Assembly (NCBI GenBank): GCA_016748015.1
Contig: JAAOMT010000649.1
Span: 5,358 to 21,279, forward strand
Length of the DNA stretch: 15,922 nucleotides
Direction of reading: 5' to 3'
Origin: Geosiphon pyriformis uo1
Taxonomy: Eukaryota; Fungi; Glomeromycota
Part shown: one piece after another, positions 10,137-15,922 of the stretch
Numbering within the stretch: position 1 is the stretch's first letter
How the letters are laid out: every line of letters begins with the position of its first letter
Notes under the pieces: generated by a model
Told to the model about the DNA's origin: nothing
What the model saw: only the letters and a program-made list of their open reading frames with translations
The model's database searches: none
Translations under genes and position numbers: made by a program

Positions 10137-10840
10137 ATGCCAACAAATGCTTCTTTGGAAAAACAGAACTCAAGTTTTTAGGACATGTAGTGAGCAAAAA
10201 TGGCATCAAAACAGATCCAGAGAAAATAAAGATAGTAAAAAACTTTCCAGTGCTGACCAATATGACAGAACTGAAATCATTCTTGGAATTCGCCAGCTAC
10301 TATTGACGTTTTATCAAGAACTTTTCCAAAATAGCATAGCCACTTAACCAACTGCAAACCAAGAATACCAAATATGAATGGGCAGAAAGTCAACAAAAAG
10401 CTTTTGACATTTTGAAAAAAAAGCTTATTCAAGCTCCAGTACTGATTTATCCAGATTACAGCAAACTATTCATCATTATCACTGATACATCTGGCCAAGC
10501 ATTGGAAGCAGTATTATCTCAGAGAGGACCAGATAACAGAGAACATCCAGTAGCATATGCCAGCAGAGGTTTAATGCCAGCCGAAAAGAACTATAGAACA
10601 CTAGAACAAGAACACTTAGTAATATACTGGACAGTCATGAAATAGAGAGAATACTTGAGCCAGAAGTTTGAAGTATACACAGACCACAAGAGATTAACAT
10701 TACTCCAAAAACAAAAATTTGGAAATGGAAAACAGTCAAGATGGAAAATGGCACTTGCACTATACAATTATACTATACATTACAAAAAAGGAAAAGACAA
10801 TAGAAATGCTGACAGTTTGTTGCAAATGAAACAAATCTAA
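10137..10840 (+). pseudogene. pol: RT C-terminus plus RNase H of element B (5'-truncated)
   Basis: NKCFFGKTELKFLGHVVS, IITDTSGQAL, PVAYASRGLMPAEKNY, FEVYTDHK and NADSLLQMKQI*. Confidence 0.95.
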
Positions 10841-10902
10841 AAACATTTTAACACAAAAATATAACAAAACCAGAACAATAACAACGAAAAATGTAATAAA
10901 AG

Positions 10903-12285
10903 ATGAACATACAAAAATATCAACAACTTCAACATTATATAACCACTCAACAGTTCAAGGAAAATTTATCTCAAATGGAATGAAAGAGTATTAAACAACA
11001 ATTAAAATATTTTATCACTCACCAAAATATACTTTATTGGAAAAATAGAAGAGATCCAGATCAACCAACCAAAGTAGTTACAGAACCAGAAAAAGAGACA
11101 ATATTATTCAACATGCACTCAAATCCAACAGCAGGACATTTTCACAAAGAAGCAACCATAGAAAGAACCAGAAAAAGATACTATTGGCCATCAATGTATC
11201 CAGACATTATCCAATATGTTCAAAATTGTGATGCTTGTCAGCAAAGAGGAGGTATGAAACCCAGTGAACCATTAAAACCAATCAAAGTAGGACAACCATT
11301 TAACTGTATTGGAATTGATCTAGTCAGACCATTAATAATTACCAGTAGAGGAAACAGATACATAGCAGTAGTCATGGATGATCTCACTAAATGGCCAGAG
11401 GCAAAAGCAATTCAAAGAGCGAATGCAGAATCCATTGCCAAATTTGTTCATTAGGATTTGATCTGTCAACATGGATGTCCAAAAGAATTATTATCAGACC
11501 AAGAAACTTATTTTGTGAACAAAACATTAACAGAATTGAGCCAAAAATTCGGAATTAAGAGACCACTATCATCACCATACCATCCACAAACCAATGGATT
11601 AGTTGAAAAATTCAACAGAACATTGTGTGAAACAATAGCTAAACTCAGCCAAGAAAACCAGAACAATTGGAATTTGTTAATACTATCAGTACTATTTGCT
11701 TATCGGACAATAAAGCAAGATACTACACAAGCAACACCATTTGAATTAGTATATGATAAAACAGCAATACTACCAGTGGAAATAGAAGTCAGCACATATC
11801 CAACCAAACCAATAACAGAAGAAAATTTCAAAAATACATTGTTGAAAAGAACATATAACTTAATAGAAACATTAGAAAACAAACAATGAAGAGCAGCTGA
11901 TAACATACAAAAGTTACAAGAGAAACAAAAAGAAAGACATGATAACCAATTACTAGACAAACCAGTTGAATTCAAAATTGGAAACAAAGTATTTTTACAT
12001 CATACTAAAGTGGAAAAACAATGGAATGGAAAATTTGACCTCAAATGGAATGAACCATTTCACATAAAAGAAATTCTAGGAAATGGAGCTTACAAATTAA
12101 GATTGGATAACAAAATCTTGATCAAAGTAGCACATAGAGATTGACTGAAACCATACCATCATATAGCATCATCATCCACCAGTAATATTCCACAATTAAG
12201 AGTACAGAGAATACTAGTCTAACCAGATGAGATTCCATGAGATCTGGAACCAATCATTATTATTGACAACAACATGTCCAATTGA
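10903..12285 (+). pseudogene. Integrase of element B as an apparently separate ORF (about 460 codons) with premature stops
   Basis: ATG at 10903 (MNIQKYQQLQHYI...), HHCC finger (HSNPTAGH...CDAC), D-D-E in GIDLV/LSDQ/NGLVE, and GPF/Y-like KWNEPF. No chromodomain is seen. Confidence 0.93.
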
Positions 12286-12338
12286 TCAACAAAAGAATAT
12301 ATAAGAACATGGTTGATGTGACAGAAGAGAGCAGAAAA

Positions 12339-12902
12339 ATGGAGATTACAATCAATCAACAAACCATTTGATATCGAGATACTAGAAAGACATTGCAACC
12401 CAGAACACAAAAAAAAACTGAAAATACGGTGGACAAAATTATTGCGAAAGTAAAATTAGCAATAAGAGAGTCAACAAAAGAGGCACTATATCAAAAGTTG
12501 ACTAAAGAAACTTGGAATTGGTAGATACAACAATTTTCAAGAAACTATTGTTATTTTTACTTGGGACAATACATAAATATCCAGAATCTATATACGGATA
12601 AAACAAAGCAATTATTCGACAAAAGTATACTACAACAATTAGAACATTTTGTGGGAAAGAACAACTTATCCACACAGGCCCGAGCCATCTACCGAATACA
12701 CACAGCATTTCAGAATAGACCAGAAATATTACTCAACAAAGCAATGAATATGGTTACCAGTAATCAATTGAGAAAGATCACCAATGCTCAATTTGAAGAA
12801 TTACAGACCCAAATAACACAAGTAATTCTCGAAAACAAAATCCAGAAAATACTTCAAGAGGGGGAATTAAATGAGTTGGATTTTAACGGAGCTCAATATT
12901 AA
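12339..12902 (+). pseudogene. Extra 3' ORF ('ORF3', 187 codons, unknown function) with two premature stops
   Basis: ATG at 12339 (MEITINQQTI*YRDTRK...FNGAQY*). Gap-free homologue of 1906-1343; the stop overlaps the PPT. Confidence 0.87.
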
Positions 12903-12915
12903 AAGGAGGGAATAA
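12901..12915 (+). other. Polypurine tract of element B
   Basis: AAAAGGAGGGAATAA lies immediately before the LTR's TGT. Confidence 0.92.
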
Positions 12916-13796
12916 TGTTACTTATAAAAATATAGGAAATAGATTAGCATGAGTAGTAGCCAATTAGAAATAGGCATAGTAAATGTGAAATTCCAGGATT
13001 TCTCTTAGGAATTGCAGGATTCCAAGAATTTCAAGATTCCCTAACAAGGAATCGCAGAATTCCAGAATTCCAGGATTTCTCTCAAAGAAATTGCAGGATT
13101 CCAGGAATTCCAGGATTCCTGTCATGAAAAATTGAGGAATTGAAGAATCTTAATTATGTATATATAGCAGCAGGATTAGAAGCTGAAAAGACAGACCTCC
13201 TAGTTTAGATTGAATCAAAGAAACATTTCAGTTCCCAATTATCAAATAAATAATTATTCCATATCTCAACCCACTCTTTACTATCAACACTTTATGTTGA
13301 TAGTAATTAATACTTAACCACACTGGAACAATAGCTCTTGATCATGGCTATTGATGAGATACTAACATACCAAATTGCCTTGGCTTATTTTCTCTATTTT
13401 TTTTATTTTTATTTTCTTTATTTTATTTTCTTTCTTTTTTTGATTTTGTTGTTGTATACTAATTGATTAAAAGATTAAGCACTGAGTTATTGATGTCAAG
13501 AATAGCCTGGTAAAAGACCCAGAAATAAGGGTAGAATTTTATATATTATCGGATAGCTTACCAGAAGGGCATAACTGCCAGACTAAATTTGGCCACCACA
13601 CTGAGAAAAAAATTGAGAAAACTCTTGGAAAGATACATCTACTATCAACACTATTGAATCTCTGTCCATTATACAAAGGGCTCCATCAAAACCTTCAGAT
13701 ACAACACTTGCAGAACCTCATCCATGGAAGTAGCTTTTGAGCACCAAGTTATAAGTTTGTTATTTAATTCAACAGCAGAAATAATTACCTATAACA
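12916..13796 (+). repeat. Right (3') LTR of element B (881 bp)
   Basis: TGTTACTT...TATAACA, followed by TSD ACAA. Confidence 0.95.
12987..13120. repeat. 38-40-bp tandem array (3 units plus a partial) in the U3 of B's right LTR
   Basis: AATT(C/T)CA(G/A)GATT recurs at 12989, 13027, 13066 and 13106. Confidence 0.9.
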
Positions 13797-14670
13797 ACAA
13801 TTACTGGAGGTAAGTTTTTCTGATTAATTGCTTCAGTATTTGGATTGTTTTGAGTTTGCTAGGTTTTAATGTTTGGAGTTTCAACTTTCAAATTTTCTAA
13901 GATTGGGTTTTGGTAAGTAAATTTTTAATCTTTGGCTTCTTCTTCTTTTTCTTTTTTTTCTGATTTCGTTATCTCCCAGGGACTTGTATTTCCAAAATCT
14001 GGTTAGGGTAATGATGATTGGAGTTCTGATGGCATTGGAGATCATGATTTAAATCCCTCAAAGTAGTTGCCATAAGTTCCTAGTAATTCTGTTTTCTTTT
14101 ATTTACTTTAAAATGGGAGTTGGCCAAATATTGATGTCACATGTGATGTGAACATGCCTATTAATAAGATATTGATAGTGCTTCCTAGTGTATAATAGTA
14201 TGATAGATTGGTTAGTGATTCAACTCTGGTTTTCTTTCAAGTAGGTAGTTGTATTTGTTTTGGTATTACTACTGGTATTTGCAATCTTCCTTTGCTTTTG
14301 TTTGTATAAGTGATGGGGAATTGTTGTTGTGTGTACCTTTTAATGATTTGATTGATTTTTCTGATGATTAGTGCAAAACTGTAGTTTTTTGGTAAACTGG
14401 TATGTTGAAATAATTCTGTATAGAAATTTTTCCTTGCAGATTCAATGTTAACTATTGCTCCTAAGCAGTCTGTGATTTTATTATTAACATAAAAGTTGAA
14501 GGCTAATTTTGCTGAGAAATAGTTATTGTTTAATTCTAATTGTTGCCTGTATTGTTAAAACAGAGATTTGGCAAATCTTAAGTGGTTTGCTCTTATGATT
14601 TCTAATTCTGCCACTTTTGGATGATTGTTATTGGTGCTGTTCTCTGTAGAATTATATCTTACAGAGAGCA
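13797..14670 (-). pseudogene. gag: gag of element A, N-terminal extension
   Basis: A long coding-like frame (NNNHPKVAELEII...FNFYVNNKITDCLG...YGNYFEGF) with only transition-type stops and one frameshift in the A-run near 13950. It joins the capsid-proximal part across element B. Confidence 0.75.
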
Positions 14671-14673
14671 CCA
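14656..14673 (-). promoter_or_regulatory. Primer binding site
   Basis: TGGTGCTCTCTGTAAGAT lies 2 nt after the 5' LTR end and is complementary to a tRNA 3' end ...AGAGAGCACCA. The tRNA identity is uncertain (Ile-UAU or Thr are candidates). Confidence 0.85.
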
Positions 14674-14675
14674 AA

Positions 14676-15561
14676 TGTTATAGGTAATTATTTGGGGTCT
14701 CCAAATCAAATAACAAACTTGTAACTTGGTGTTCAGTGACTAATCTGGTGGATGGTGTTGGTAATGTTGGTACATTGTTATTATCTGAAGATTTTGTTGT
14801 GGAGTTTTTTGGATGGTTTTGTCTGTAGCTTCCTAAAACTGCAGTTTTGTCAAATTTTTTTCTCAGTGTGATGGCCAGTAATTCTCCTGATAAGCTATTC
14901 TCAAATTTATAAGTGTTTTACTCTTGTTTCATGGGTCTTTTACCAGTCCTTATAATATCTGTATCTCAGCACTTAATTCTTAATCGATTTAGTAAAACCA
15001 AAGAAATAACAAAAGAAAATAAAAGAAAATAAAAGAAAATAATAAAACAAATAAAAGCAATTACAAGTTAGTATTTTGTCAATAACCATGATCAAAAGCT
15101 ATTGTTTCAGTGTAGTTAAGTATCAATTACTATCAACATGAAGTGTGAATAGTGGAAAGTGGATTTGAGATAGAGAATAATTATTTATTAATATTTGTGA
15201 ATTTGAAAGTTGCTTAGATGAAATCTAAACTGAAAGGTCTGTCTTTTTTACTTCTAATATTACCATTATATATACATAATTGAAATTCTTTAATTCCTCA
15301 ATTTTTCACACCAGGAATCTTGAAATTTCTGGAATTTTGCAATTCTTTTTGAGAAAAATTTTGGAATTTTGGAATTCTGCAATTCCTTGTACAAGAATCC
15401 TGAAATTCCTAGAATTCTGCAATTCCTTGTACAAGAATCCTGAAATTCCTGGAATTCTGCAACTTCTCTTAAAAAGAATCTTGGAATTCCATATTTACTA
15501 CAGCTACCTCTAATTGGCTAATTTATGTGCTAATATACTTCTTATATTTTTATGAGTAACA
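14676..15561 (-). repeat. 5' LTR of element A (886 bp)
   Basis: Minus-sense TGTTACTCA...TATAACA followed by the PBS; homologous to 480-1329. Confidence 0.95.
15313..15491. repeat. 40-bp tandem array (4 units plus a partial) in the U3 of A's 5' LTR
   Basis: Includes near-identical consecutive units (GAATTCTGCAATTCCTTGTACAAGAATCCTGAAATTCCT, twice). Confidence 0.9.
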
Positions 15562-15922
15562 CTCTTTTATAGTTTTTAATATGTTAAATAGTAGTATTTA
15601 AATCTGTTAAAGTATGTAGATAAACTTTTTTGATTAATTTATTCTTTAAATTAATAATAGTTTAATCCAAATTTTAAAAATTAGAGTAATAAGTATTTGT
15701 TTTAAGCTAATAAATTCTTTAAGAAATTTATTAAACTTTTTAATATAAGTTATAATAGATTCTAATAGTTTTTATTTGATGTTTTAAAAGTAGTTTTAAA
15801 AAATAATTAAAGTATTATTGTTTATAAACTATTTAAAAAAAGCAGTTTTAAAAGTTGACTATTCTGCAAAAAAAGCAGCCAAGTTTTTGAATTATTTGCC
15901 AAAATATTTTTAAAAAAATAAA
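15562..15922 (-). pseudogene. gag: Highly eroded gag (capsid) relic, upstream half of element A's target site
   Basis: The minus strand reads ...FKTAFL...NNNT...ITYIKKF...LKNKLIKKVYLHTLTDLNTTI*HIKNYK, which aligns without gaps to A gag LCSSIIQCVCPMHPADLQAAVTNARNFE. Confidence 0.65.

Larger units (their letters stand above)
9373..13796 (+). mobile_element. Nested, internally truncated LTR element 'B' inserted antisense in A's gag
   Basis: LTRs at 9373-10136 and 12916-13796 with TSD ACAA (9369-9372 and 13797-13800). Removal restores gag in frame (QKNLPPVIVINQPP). Confidence 0.95.
480..15561 (-). mobile_element. Ty3/Gypsy-like LTR retrotransposon 'A' (degenerate, about 10 kb once nested inserts are removed)
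   Basis: Homologous LTRs at 480-1329 and 14676-15561 with TGTTA...TAACA ends, a PBS, a PPT and gag-PR-RT-RH-IN order. The imperfect 4-bp TSD CTAT (476-479)/CTCT (15562-15565) is supported by in-frame rejoining of the flanks. Confidence 0.93.

Noticed and set aside
10306-12240. Alternative genetic code or stop readthrough to explain the many in-frame stops
   Set aside because: All three stop types occur, mostly at copy-specific positions, and they derive from CAA/CAG/CGA/TGG by transitions. This indicates decay, not recoding.
10009-12708. Minus-strand ORFs 10009-10260, 11700-11987, 12219-12410 and 12502-12708
   Set aside because: They are antisense to B's pol, integrase and ORF3 and have no independent motifs.
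12339-12902. ORF3 as an env gene or chromodomain
   Set aside because: It has no signal peptide, transmembrane segment or recognisable chromodomain pattern, and it is too short for env.
480-13796. Large inverted repeat or DIRS/Polinton-like element
   Set aside because: The inversion is explained by B inserting antisense into A with its own TSD. No tyrosine recombinase or DNA polymerase B is present.
15313-15491. Palindromic repeats of about 40 bp as a CRISPR array
   Set aside because: The units are contiguous tandem repeats with no unique spacers, they lie inside LTRs, and there are no cas genes.

Overview
The whole window is a nest of related, mutationally inactivated Ty3/Gypsy-type LTR retrotransposons in an AT-rich, CpG-depleted eukaryotic genome. 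From memory the proteins resemble Glomeromycota/Geosiphon-type retroelements; this is not database-checked. No host gene is visible. Layer 0 is a very eroded gag relic forming both flanks (1-479 and 15562-15922). Layer 1 is element A on the minus strand (480-15561). It has two LTRs, a PBS, a PPT, and one long frame of about 2,100 codons: gag (capsid, CCHC knuckle), aspartic protease, Cys-rich insert, dUTPase, RT, RNase H. The integrase and an unknown 187-aa ORF follow. Layer 2 is a solo LTR in A's RT (4170-5014) and plus-strand element B in A's gag (9373-13796, TSD ACAA), whose left LTR abuts mid-RT directly. The most notable points are: (i) pol stops after RNase H in both subfamilies and the integrase appears to be a separate ORF with its own ATG; (ii) a conserved non-env third ORF ends in the PPT; (iii) a dUTPase and a large Cys-rich module lie between protease and RT; (iv) about 55 differences between B's LTRs are all transitions, suggesting RIP-like or methylation-driven hypermutation; (v) the PBS can pair with either U5 or the leader.
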